Source: Haliotis rufescens (Eukaryota). From it: DNA of 64,000 bases. Every line of letters begins with the position of its first letter. The first letter of the stretch is position 1. Below are positions 12,959 to 25,800 of this stretch, in pieces. A program made the position numbers and the translations under genes. The stretch covers positions 27,838,001 through 27,902,000 of the forward strand of contig NW_025964223.1 in the NCBI RefSeq assembly GCF_023055435.1, read 5' to 3'. The notes under the pieces were generated by a model. The model worked only from the letters and a program-made list of their open reading frames with translations. It searched no databases and was not told the DNA's origin.

Positions 12959-14369
12959 GTAGTAAGAGACGACTACAATGAAGATGAAGTGGTTACAAAA
13001 TCTAAGAAAGCGCAGTGAGATACTCCCCACTCACCAATATGAAGCCCGTAGTGTGAACTGTGAAGAAGACCTCGACTAAAAAAAAGGAAATCTTTACCCC
13101 CCTTGAACCTATACAAAGAAGTAGATATCAGACCCTCTGAGTTGCTGAAAATATGCGCGAAAATGTATGGGCCATTGAAGTGCAATGTATACAACAGTGT
13201 GGTGGTCACTGTGGTGGAAACAGATGAATATTGTTCTTGTTATGTCATTAAATACAATGTTATATACACTGCTTGAATTTTGCCTTTTAACTGTCCGTTT
13301 TAAGTTTTCACTTGTCGTTTTGACATTTTTCATTGTCCGTTTTGACTTTGACATCCATGGCCGTTACGTGTTTTGGCCGTTTTGACCTGTACCCGCAAGT
13401 AATCGAATCAGTGGTTGATACCATGGTCAATGACCAACGATCAGACAAGGCACAAGGTTGTGATGACTACGCCATTTCACCGAATTCAGACGGCCCCCAC
13501 AATCATCATGGAGCATATGACACCCAGTCCAATCAGAACTTCCGAATAAGAAGCAACATAACTGACGAAAAGTATCATTTTCGACAATCAATGAACAGAG
13601 ATTCATAAAATCGTCTGATCGTTTTCCTGAAATCAATTAATAACATATACAAATATGTTTAAATTTGCCTTGGTTGAGTACAGTGAACAGTAGGTAATTT
13701 AAGACTGTCTCTCTTTCAACCCCAATCTGAACCAAGGTGAACGTAGCACCAAAATGCTACCGTTGCCATGGCCACGCGCGTGGCCAACGGCGATTGCAGC
13801 TAGCGCTGCTGGCCTGAGACTGCTTCCGCTGTCCGGCCCCCACGGTAGCATATTTAACCGCTACCATTGCTTGGCAACTCCCACGCTGCCAAAAGCAGCT
13901 CCACGCTGCTGGCCTAAGTCAGACTACCGCTGCCCGGCCCCAGGTAGCCGGCCAAAGCAGATCCCACTGCCCGGCCCCATTAGCAAAACCATTGTGCGGC
14001 TCCCACGCCGCGGACCCAACTGTCAGCTACCGCTTGACAAGACGACTTCCGCCGCCGGGCCCATATACGTGGCAATTGTTTGCCCCAACGTATGTTATTT
14101 TACGATTCCCCGGCTGAAAAGTCGGGAAAGACAAGGTTCCCACTGAGAAGCAGGTAACCCCGGAAAGGTTCCCGCTGAAAAGCAGGTAGCCTTAAGCACG
14201 AGTATTAATTTGGAAGCAAGTTAATTTGTTACTAGCAGTGTAGCCCACAAGAACCCCGCCACAAAGCACCAGAGTGCTACCCCACACCCTCGGCCACTCA
14301 ATACGCGGGGATACCATTGTTGCCCCGCTTGCCTATGTACTGAAAGGAAACACAAACCTGTGGAGATAA

Positions 14370-14675
14370 CAAGCGCCAGGGCATGCAATAAATTGTCCGT
14401 AAACACACACAGTCCTTTGTCACTGAGGTGGACGCCCTCCCAGGCGTACCATGTCTTGTCTGATGCCAGGATCTGGGGATGTGGCACCATTGTACCGCCG
14501 AGCTCTTTGACTCGGTTGGCCAGTCGACGGTTGATATTCTTCCGCATCCCCTCGATCTTTAGTGGGTCCCTGGCATCGTGCCAGTAGCGCCTGTGCAGCA
14601 TTGAGGATACGATGATCTTGGTGTCAGGAAGCTGGGGTTGTATTTCCGAAGGATTGATGCCACCATGTCAAGGTA
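14370..14675 (-). pseudogene. C-terminal half of the SGNH hydrolase ORF of element copy 1
   Basis: DTKIIVSSMLHRRYW...RKNINRRL...HPQI...EGVHLSDKG (block V D/E-x-x-H); matches 46423-46836. Confidence 0.8.
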
Positions 14676-15984
14676 GCGTCAAGTCCCGTGTAGTTCCATC
14701 CATCACCCACTGGGGTGGCCATGCGCCGTTAAACCATTTGCCCTGCATGTAGGCCCCGAAGCTGGCGCCACCCGCTGCGTCTGAAAACAGCTGGAGGAAA
14801 TCGCTGTCCACCCATAGTTGGTCCTGAAACACTGAAATGCCTTTATAACTCGTACGAAATGTTAACCACATTTGTAGGTCTTCCTTGACCCAGCTGGTAA
14901 TCCTAATGTGGTGAAATGGTTGCTTACCTTTGCTAAGCAGATCGGTTAGCCTGCGGCTGAATGCCCTTGCCATTGGTATAGCCCTGCACATAAAGTTAAG
15001 CTTGCCTATGAGGGACTGAAGGGCCCTTTTTGTGACCTTGATGTTACCTGTTGACAGGATGTCATGGATTTCCCTTGTTGCCTCCTTGATCTTGGACTCT
15101 GGGATTCTGATCTGCATTGCAATGGTGTCGATTTCCAGCCCTAGGAATGTCAGTTTGGTTGTGGGGCCCACCGTCTTGTCGTGCGCAGTAGGAACCCCAA
15201 GCTGTTCTAGTGTATTCGCGCATCCGTTGAGGTTGTCTGAGCAGTGGCTGGTGCCTGCTGTGCCCCCCGTTAGGAAGTCATCCAGGTAATGCATAATCGG
15301 ACACGTTGGAAGATGCGATTGCATGCACCATTGCATGAAGGTACTAAACGTTTCAAATATGGCGCAAGATATGGAGCAGCCAAATGGTAGGCATTTATCG
15401 AAATAGAACTCACCTTCGAATCTGATGCCTAGCAGCTCGAAATCGGATGGGTGGACTGGTATAATTCTAAAGGCCGACTGAATGTCGAATTTTGCTAGTA
15501 GTTCTCCCTTTTCCAGTCGTTGAACCATATGGGTAGCTTCATCAAATCTGGCGTACGCAACGGAGCAGGCCTCTGTGTCTATGAAGTCATTTATAGATTT
15601 ACCCCTTGGATACGATAGATGGTGAATTAGACGGAATTCCTCCGCATGCTTACCCAGGTGCTGACCATATCCTGGCTGCTTCTTGGGCACCAGGCCTATT
15701 GGGGATACTTGGAGGTTGTCTAGGGGGGGGGGTGTCCTTGAAGGGGCCCGCCATCCTGCCAAGGTCGACTTCGTTTTGTAGTTTTGTTTCACGTAGCCTG
15801 CCGTGTCTTGGTGCGTGGCTGATCGCAAGTTTCGTGCCAGGCGACCCGTGCGGCTTCCCTGGAACTCGAGCTTAAAGCCAGAGCTAAAACCTACCCATAA
15901 ATAGTTTGCATCTCTGTAATTGACCCTAGCATATTGGCGTAACCAGGGTGCCATTTCATTGAGATCCACGGGGGAAGGGGCCAT
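14668..15984 (-). pseudogene. DIRS/Ngaro reverse transcriptase with truncated RNase H
   Basis: SPIGLVPKK, FRLIHHLSYP, KFDIQSAFR, LPFGCSIS, HYLDDFL, FLGLEID and FSDAAG; truncated by the deletion after RDLTL. Confidence 0.92.
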
Positions 15985-18474
15985 TGAATTTACCTGCCTT
16001 GACGGCTGGTTTTCTGTTAGGCAGAAGGCTGATTGGGCTTGTATGGGGTCGGTTGGACCCCATTCCCTCGAAAGCAGGTCCTAGAGCTATGGGAATGTTT
16101 GCCACACTTACCGCATTTGTGAGTGTACTTACAGTTGACCCTGTTACAGCCAAATTTATTGAAATCCCAGCATACCTGACTGGCGATGTCCCCCTGTACG
16201 CGTGTCATTGCGCCCCGTCCGCCTGATTCTGGTTGTAGTACCGGCTGTGTTACCATGGACTTCAGCCACAACTCCCCGTCGATGTTGTCCCAGCGTCGTG
16301 AGGGGTCCCTTGACATTCTGTGTCGGAATTGTTGGTCGTAGGTTGACCAGGCATCCCCCCGAATCGAAGTGCCGCCGTTCTTATGGTTTCCATGTAGGAC
16401 AGCAACCCCTGGGTTGTGCGGACCTCGGAGTGCCTACTAACATATATACACATGAAAATGTGGAAAGCTGAAGTCCAGCTTGCCAGGGACAGGCGCTTTG
16501 GTTGCTGCTTTATTGGTTTAAAAATTACCTAACCTGAGGAGTCGTACGCCATGGTAATCGTACCGTCCTCGTGACTTCCCTCGGTGTCTGGTAGGATTGT
16601 GCCGAGGTCGACATACTCGCCACGCCAGATTTTTTCCCTCACCGTTTGTTTGACGTGCGCGTCTTTTCCGTCCGCATGGAAGGAAAGGGAATCCCCGTAT
16701 CCTGCGATGTGATTGGCTGGCCAAGCCGCGTCACCGTCGGCCTCGCTAACCGGCATGCTGTTTAAAGCGGCGTCAATCGGCTCTCACTCTGTCGTGTCAT
16801 TCAGTCTATATTTTCTACGAATGTTATCCGAACTATCATCATAACCTAGGCCATCTGCGTTACAGAAAAGAATGTGGTACCAGAGATACCACGCGAATCT
16901 AAAGTTGGTGTTTTCATATGGGATTAAGAGCTACACGTGCCTACAGTCCCATTCCGTTGTGCCCACAATAAATCATGCAATGACACGGTCTGTTGCTCAG
17001 AAAGGGATTCGCTACAGGACTGATTACATAACATTTATAGACATAGTGAATTATACCCTTAGCCGTCTCGTAAAAGCCATACACATGTCTCGTGGTGGCA
17101 ACGCCATTGTCTCTTCGGCTGTCCTTTGCTGCCATCATTATATGAATGTTTACATCTATAGCGTCAGCAGTAATTATCACCCATTCAACAAACACTCTTA
17201 AAATCACCCACACTAACTAAATCACAAACCCTAAAACCTGTCATTTCATGTTGGACAAGTATATAGCGACAGGACCCCCGGACTGCCATTCAAGTAACTA
17301 ACTAACGACTGCCATTCTATACTGCCATGCACCCCGACGCACAACTCTCAGGTAAGGACATACTGATGTAGGTGTACGATCGCTAACATATTGATGGATG
17401 CAATTTGGTGAATGCCTCCGTTATCTATTTCTTGTATTTATGTCCATGTACCACTGTGAGTGGTTATTTATGGAAATAAACAATGTCAAAGTTGCACGGC
17501 TCGTTCAGGATGGCAGACAGTCCATGTACAATACTTCTGGATTAACAATGGCAATTAGCATGTCAATTTATTCAGATTCGCATCAGGCTTGGCTGCAGCG
17601 ATCTTAATGCAGATCAGTATGATAGACATGTTGCATACTAAAACCTGTTCCTGTGGATATCATACCGAGCATGCTTTACACTTTTGTGTGTACAAACTAC
17701 TAAGTTCTTCGAAATGAAATGTATTTTTACCAACAAGGTTATTTTTTACACACAGTGCTGTGCAGAAATTCGCATTTGAGTAAAGAAGAGCAAATCCAAA
17801 CATTAGCTTCTATTCAAAACTTCGTATTAAAAACTGGCAGATGTTCAATTAAATGAATTTTTTAACATAAACTGCAAATATATTTCTCATATACACACAT
17901 CTAGCTTGGCATGTGCAATTCATTTGTTAATCTAACGTTCGCTGATGTATTTATTGCATCGTGTCTTATGGGTAATGAAGTGGTATTAACATAAGCGCTT
18001 CGATTGTTTACTAATCCATTTCTAGATTCTAGACATATACACATCATGGCTGCAGGGTAATTAGTCTTTGTCCCAATTCGGTCGCTATGACACTACGATG
18101 AAAATGAATACCTCGTTGTAAGCATCGGGGATTCTCCCTATGTTGGGCGAAATGGCGGGAGAACTAAAACCAAGCCTTACCTGTTGGTTTGCGCTAACCG
18201 GGCCGGGCGCTGAATGTTCCTGCAACTGGAGTATTTTTTCCAGTTGCTCGTTTACCTGGGTAGCCGAGTTGGCAGCCTGCGCGGCATTTACAAACTGCGC
18301 CGATTGTACGTTAATTCTGTTGCCCCCTTCGATATTTCCGTAATTGGCAGACTCACCATCAGCTGTTGCCTCCTGCATAATGTGCACTCCCGGGGTTTGT
18401 CTTCTGGTTGTCCTGGCCTGCTTGGCTCCCCTCACAAGCTTGTGGTTGACGGGTGCTCTTCTCTTGGGAGGCAT
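15957..18474 (-). pseudogene. gag-like ORF1 of element copy 1, interrupted
   Basis: Starts MPPKRR (18474); KIWRGEYVDL; C-terminal Cys/His fingers CWDFNKFGCNRVNCKYTHKCGKCGKHSH...C. Has frameshifts and the 16746-18115 extra segment. Confidence 0.8.
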
Positions 18475-18829
18475 CACGAAGGTCGAGGTGGTGAGTCGAG
18501 GTATTCCACCAGCGTAAAATTGTCCCGAGGGTGAAGTTCGGGAGTAGAACGGAATAAATGCGATACGGCGAGTGCTGAAATAGGTGGTATTCAAAGCAAA
18601 AGCGATTAGATACAGTGACACACGTGTGTACTTGGGGAAGGGCTGTTCGCGAATGACCGACTAACAAAGGCGGGATGATGCTTGCGCGGGATTATTCCCC
18701 GGGCACGGTGCCGAGTGGTGGCCCGGGGTGATTGAGTTACGGGGGGTGATTGGGTTACAGACGTAATTAGCCCATGGTTTGGATACGCGCGATAAAGTCA
18801 TTTAGTAGTTAGTACTAAATGTAAATATT

Positions 18830-19581
18830 TACTGAACCAAATTAAAAACTTATTAAAAACTGGGCCCTTATTGTGTATTTAAACAGTAATGACCACGTAT
18901 TGTCTTCAGATAACACCCGTTTTTGTGCAGGTGAATCGATCAAAATCATGTGCACAGCACTATAGTGGCAAAAGTGGTTTTTCACGTGCAACTGGTCACG
19001 TGGCCATAATACCGCACGTGTTTTCAGTCATACTTGTTAGCAGTCATTAACAAAAAAAGAAAAAGACAAGAAAACAAAAGTCTTTACGGCCATTTGTCAT
19101 GCCACGCCTTTCAAATGTGCAACGTGAACGTGCCATCGGCATGTTGCAGACGGGAACGTCCGTAGCTGAAGTCGCAAGGACGATGGGTTGTAGTCGACGG
19201 ACTGTTTATGATTTACAGACGCGTCTACAGCAAACGGGTACCACCGCTGATCGCCCTCGGCCAGGTCGACCACGTGTGTTTAGGGGTAGACTGAGAGCGC
19301 AAACTGTTAGAAACCGTCTGAGAACTGCTCACCTTCAAGCACGACGGCCATACTGCGGGCCGATTCTGACTCAATTACACAGACGTCAACGTCAATTGTG
19401 GGCACAGCGACACTTACGATGGACTCAGATGAATTGGAATCAAGTCGTCTTCAGTGTTGAATCCCGATTTAATCTCCGATTTGCTGATGGTAGGGCGAGG
19501 GTGTGGAGGCGATGTCATGAACGTTACGCCCAGTGTTGTGTACAGGAAGTTGACAGATTTCGAGGCGGAAGTGTCATTTAA
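18830..19581 (+). mobile_element. Tc1/mariner fragment, 3'-truncated
   Basis: ORF 19099-19581 MPRLSNVQRERAIGML..RPGRPR..FSVESRF; no C-terminal DDE half. Left boundary approximate. Confidence 0.88.
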
Positions 19582-19803
19582 AAATGTGAAGTTTTTAATT
19601 TGACTCAGAATATAAATGGCGACATTATAGTTTAGCCTTTTGAATTAATAGCACGCTATGACACTAACATGCACAGTGTACTTGATTTTTCTTCCGATTA
19701 TGTTGCTATCATATTTTCATTTTTGCATCAGGGAAAACGACATGTGCTTTCAGTGAGATAAGTCACACCTTGGTGAAATAGGTCTCTCGTTTTGGACGTT
19801 ACA

Positions 19804-22800
19804 ATGAGGACTCGTAATGGATTATTACCTTTGTTTCTAATTCTGTCTGGTGAGTTTAGTTTATAAGTACAACGTAACTAAACTGACTCAAATGTGACCA
19901 TTACGGCGGCGTTGTTTCGATTCTCCATATTGGTGGTACATGATGTACAATGCCTGTGCAGGATACAAAACTAAACGCGGAGGAATATTGATTGGTTAAC
20001 ATGCTTACTTTTCAGTTGTGAATGGGGATATTACATTCTCTTCTTACTATGGCGACCATATGGTTCTCCAGCGAGGTCCCAAACATGCCATCATTACTGG
20101 ACGAGCAACTAGGATAGGCGATACTGTAACAGTAACAGTTGGTAACGGTGTTGCCCAAGGAACCGGCAAGGTAACAAAGGCATCGGACGGGAAAGGATTC
20201 TGGAAGGTCAAGCTATCAGCGGTTACCCAGAAAGGCCCCTTTGCCGTGACTGTCACATCGAGCGAAGGAAGCAAGAGTCTCCATGATGTGTTGTTTGGTG
20301 ATGTCTGGGTCTGTTCCGGACAGAGTAACATGGAGTTTAACATGTATCAGGTATTCGGTGATATGACGCATAACGTAACTGTACTTCTACATATTCATGG
20401 ACATATTTTAAGTATCATATATAACATGTTCCATATCCTGGTTAAAGAATGCCTGCTCGTAGTGTCTCGTCTGTATTGCAATACTGAAGTCTTTGCAAGT
20501 GTGTCCTACCATGTGCTGACGACGTTTCACATTGTCATTTGACACTCAAAGGAATGCAGTTTGAATTAACACAGCATTGGTAATATTACCTCATATTCTG
20601 TTTCTGGGACGTGGAATAATACCCAGTATCAGTTGCTGGATACCGCTTGCTTGTTAATCCAATTCCGATGAAGTTAGATAGTAATTCTGTAATGATTGGA
20701 CCATATATGAAGTATCATATTTTTGTAGGTTATGAATACTACAAATGAAATACAGAGTGGCTTAAAGTTCACTGACATACGCCTATTCAAGACGGAGCAT
20801 GTGACATCATCAACACCACTCGTGGATATACAGAAGGTCAAGATACCTTGGACAACGCCGAATTCAAGTACATAGATCAGATCTCTTCAAAATATTTGTG
20901 CATTACCAAAATTCCACCCTTGTTGGTGTCATTAACATAAAGTGATGTAAACATGGAGATAATTCTTTCACATCTCTGGTACGCCTCTGTTCCGTGTCCC
21001 AATATGCGTGCTTATTAATTGTATTCCGTTTCCGTGTCATGTGTCCTATTAGACTGTCGTGGGGCTGTCTCGCTATTGTAAGGTCCGTATGTTAACATGA
21101 ATGTAATCATGTCTCATCTCAGTCGCAATATGTGACATATTTAAAATACATGGACAACATTATTTCCTCCTTAATATACACTCCAAACAAGGCGAAGAAA
21201 ATGTATACTTGATTTAGACATCCACAACGGTTGTGTCATACTTTTATTTCTGCTTTCAATGAATTCGACATAAGGAGATCTGAATATGGTATTACAATGT
21301 AGCATTTCTGAGCACATGGATGTATGCCTAGTAGTATGTTGGTTACAATGTACCTCTATAATGTTTTAGTTTGTTGTTAAACGCCGCTCTCATATTGAAT
21401 GAATCTAATCTTACGACACACATTAATTGCACCTATTCTAACCAAGAATCTTAGTCGGACCAGTACCATGTACGTTTGATTAGGGAGAACGACATTCTTA
21501 CAAGTAAGTAAGGATAAGATATATGGATGAACAACCTCTTTATTAAAACCTCAGTGTTTATACAGCTGAGTAGGTTTAAGATGCAGTTACACTGGAGTGG
21601 AGAAACCTGTTATGAACACAGAAGGGTAAAACATATTGGCCGGGGAAGCCTGTAATATAAACAAAAGGGTGAAGCCATTGAAAATTGCCATTGAAAACTA
21701 CCACAGCAAGACTGTCATCAACTTAAGCAGCAAGAATTTCAAAAAGCAACACACTGCAGTCCCGGCCAAAGGGCTGAAGTTCTCACCAACCAGCATCCTG
21801 ACCAACAACGATGCATTCATAGCCAACATCGAGAAGGGCTTACAACAACTGGCCCCAGGAGGTAATATCAACTTCCTACGACACCAGATTGCCAACATCC
21901 TGAACAAAGACCAACCCCAGAACCAAACCTCACTCATTTCGAAAGGAAAATTCTGAATAACCTAAAATCTGATAACACTATCATCATCGCCTCAGCAGAC
22001 AAACGCAAGGCAACTGTCATCATGAATACCACCCTTCTCAATGCCTCAACCGACAACATCATCAATGATCAATCCACCTTACAAACAGCTCAAGAGAGAC
22101 CCCACCAACAGCCTACAGAAAGAACACATTACCCTTCTCAACCAACTTCAGGAAAACAATGAAATCGTCCCCACCCTCCATAGAAAACTCATCACCCCTC
22201 ACCTTATCCCCGGACAAACATACAATTCATAAAGACACCGTCAAAGCCCGTCTTCTAGTCTGCTCCAGAGACACTGTCCACTACAACACGGCCAAGTACT
22301 TAACCCGCCTCTTGGGAAGTATGCCAAGTCCTTTTTGGCACTCTCGTCTGAATTCTGCAAGAAGATCCACGACTTCCCCAACTAGGCACCTTAATCAGCT
22401 ATGACGTTGTCAACCTGTTCACTAATGTACCCTGAGACGAGGCCACTGATATCATCAGAACCCACATCAATGAAATCTACCGATCCCTAGACACCTAGAC
22501 AACTGACAGCATCATCCGGCTCATACACTGCTGTATCAGCTCAACATACTTCACCTGAAGAGATAACTTCTATCCAAAAACCCATGGGATCCCCACTATC
22601 ACCCTTGATCACCGAGATATGTATGACCCTCCTAGAAGAAAAAGCCCTGGAAACATCCCCATAACCCCCTCTGCTGGTTCCGCAAAGTAGATGACATCTT
22701 TGTCATCCTATATCCCAACAATGACCCCAGAGTCCTATTGGACCACCTGAACTCCCAAAACCCACGAATGCAGTTCACCATGGAGGAAGAAGCCAAACGT

Positions 22801-25800
22801 CAACTACCCTTCCTTGATGTAATTGTACAGAAAGGCCACAACAACAAACTCCAGACCACTGTTTACCGGAAACCAACTCACACAGATCAATAGGTTCACT
22901 ATGCCTCCAATCATCCACCCCAAGTCAAAAAAGGAATCATCTCAACCCTAACAAGACGAGCTGACAACATCTGTTCTACGAAGCAACATCTTACCACTGA
23001 ACTTAGCCATCTCAAACAGGTGTTCTTACAGTACAACCACTACCCCGTACAACCGACAATACAGAACATGACCAAGAAAACTCAAATCTCCCCTTCAACA
23101 ATCTGCACTCTTTGATCAGCCTCCCCTACTTTGGAACAGTTAGCCACAACATCCAGAGACTCTAAAAGAAACAGGCCAACATTGATGTAGTTTTCAAAAG
23201 AAGTCTCAACATTCAGAACGCAATTAAATCCACAGGAAAACCACCATCCAGCCACAAGCAATAACCATCAGGAGCGGTGTACCACATTCCGTGCAATTGT
23301 GGACAAGTTTATATTAGCAAACCACCGAGGCCCCTCAAAACCCGAATTAAAGAACATCAAGTTTCAGTCTCCAAAAATGACTGTAAATCAGCTCCATCAG
23401 ACAATAACCGTGATAACCCAAGCCACAACATTCAGTGGGACAAAGTCAAAGCCCTCACCACCAACCTCAAAGACTTCAAAATCAGAAAACTACAAGAAGC
23501 CATCAACATCAAGACACCAACAATCAATCAACTGTGACCAAGGCTACTACATACAACCAGCGTAACACTAACTCATCAAAGACCTCAATCAGTCATAATC
23601 CTTTTGTTGTTTATATTACTGGCTTCACCAGCCAATATGTTTTACCCTTCTGTGTACATAACAGGCTTCTCCACTCCAGTGTAACTGCATCTTAAACCTA
23701 CTGAACTATATATAAACCCTGCCTCCTATCCTGTATATATACTTGTCAACCATACTCTGTACATCCCTTGCTTGATAACGGTGTTAGAACCTACGCCGAA
23801 ACGTCGTTCCTAATTCGTAATAAAGAAGTTGTTCATCCATATATCTTATCCTTACTTAGTACTCCAACTTCTAAATGCCTCTCAAAGAAGACATTCTTAC
23901 AACTTTCTTTGCAGAGGACCTGAACGGATTTTCAGCAATATGTTTCATGTTTGGAGAACGCATGCACCCTCACCTGAACTACCCTATTGGATTAGTGGAG
24001 TCGGACTGGTGGGGCACTAGCATCGACTGGTGGTCCTCTCCAGAAGCAGTTGCCAAGTGTAGCAGCCAGGGAAAACGAGAGTATGGTTTTCAATTTGACT
24101 TTCATTTAAATATGGGCTGAAACGTTTTAACCAGATTCCCACTTTAAATCCGTACGAAATCATTAACTGATTATTGCAGGTCTCCAAAGAACTTCGAATT
24201 GTGGAATGCCATGATCAGCCCACTTCTCCCCCTGTCGATATATGGTGTTCTTTGGTATCAAGGTGAGGACCTCTTGGTTTCTCGGATTTGACGCTAAGTC
24301 CATAATATTGCGATAACATTAAAGTTGGTATATGAACTGTTATTTTGATTCAAGGAGAAAATGACGCCGGCCATGCGAGTAGATACGCCTGCAGTTTCCC
24401 AACGATGATCGAAGACTGGAGAAAACACTGGCACCAACAGTCAATGGGGGAAACCGACGCCGACCTGCCGTTTGGATATGTACAGGTGATGTAAATATAC
24501 ACACAGTCCTCAAACAGCAACTGCAACGCGGTATCGAGTAGTTACAGGATATCCCATGTTAATTTATAAATAGTTTATATATGTGAATATATACGTGATA
24601 TTGTGTGGAGTATGCACTCTCAGCATGAGGAGTGATTTTGTGTGCATGTCGACAGCTCGCTGCCTTCAGAAATGACAGCAACTATCGCGGCGGTTGGCCG
24701 GACACCCGCTGGGCTCAGACAGCTAACTATGGATATGTTCCTAACCCGAAGATGAAGAATGTCTTCATGGCTGTATCCTTGGACTTACCTGACTTTTCAT
24801 CCCCTTGGGGGCCGTAAGTTCGAATTTCCAAACTCAGAATAAGATTATCAACATATTATTGTCAGTTACGTAACTCTCCATCGAGCATAGCTTTAGATTG
24901 GTAAATACTATAATGAAAACTTTATGAATGGGTATAGTATATGTTAAGTGAGAACGATACTCAAGGATCTTGTATTTATTTTTCGTCAATATCTAGACGG
25001 GTGCAACTGTGACATTGTCTGAGAGTCAACTAATTGATTGATATGCTTCATCAAATTTGAGCTTGCAGACAAACATTTAGGGTTTTGAATAACGTGAATC
25101 AAATTTGGACTGCCAACTGGACAGATACTAGTTTTCCTTTAAGCAGTATTTAAGCATCGTCACAGCGTGGGACATGACTTTCCGTTTTGTGTGACTGTGG
25201 TCAATCGCTCCCTGGGCCCCCTTCCACAAAGCGATCGTAGCGCTACGACTGTCGTAAGCCTATGTTAAGGTATGGGAGTTACGATCATCTTAGCGCTCCG
25301 ATCGCTTTGTGAACAGGGCCCTGGTCTTGGTCCCTACCTCTTCACTCCTATGTTTTCAAGCACATTGATATAAAGAGCATTTTTGATAAACAATAACTAC
25401 ATTATATGGTCTGTGTCTTTTGTGGAATTTGTCATACTTTATAGAGTGCACCCTCGCTTCAAGCAGGACGTGGCTTCCCGTCTGATTCTACCAGCCCTAG
25501 CAGTAGCCTATCACAAGACAGGACTAGATTATAAAGGACCCTTCCCGTCTTCATATACAGTTGACAATGCGGCCGAGACACTCACTATTGAGTTCAGTAA
25601 TGGGAAGACGCCGATTGAAGTCAGGAACAACCACGGTTACGAGGTATGTTGAACACATTTCTTATCAAGTATTATGTATTATGAACTACAAATATTGACT
25701 CATTCACAAAATAATTTTTATTTTATATCAAATTCACTGAGATTCATGAAAGCTATCACCTGCATGATTAGTTCATTCAGTGTTATGCGTCCACGATCCT

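Larger units (their letters stand above)
13748..18824 (-). mobile_element. Ngaro-type tyrosine-recombinase (DIRS-order) retrotransposon, copy 1, internally deleted
   Basis: Colinear with 45820-51521, with the same termini and unrelated flanks. Contains gag, RT, partial RNase H and the C-terminal half of SGNH. YR is deleted at about 14675 and there is a 1.37-kb extra segment in gag. Confidence 0.92.

Noticed and set aside
13754-14146. + strand Pro/Ala-rich ORF (and 45944-46216)
   Set aside because: GC-rich terminal repeat region; the N-terminal frame is not conserved between the copies and no domain is recognisable.
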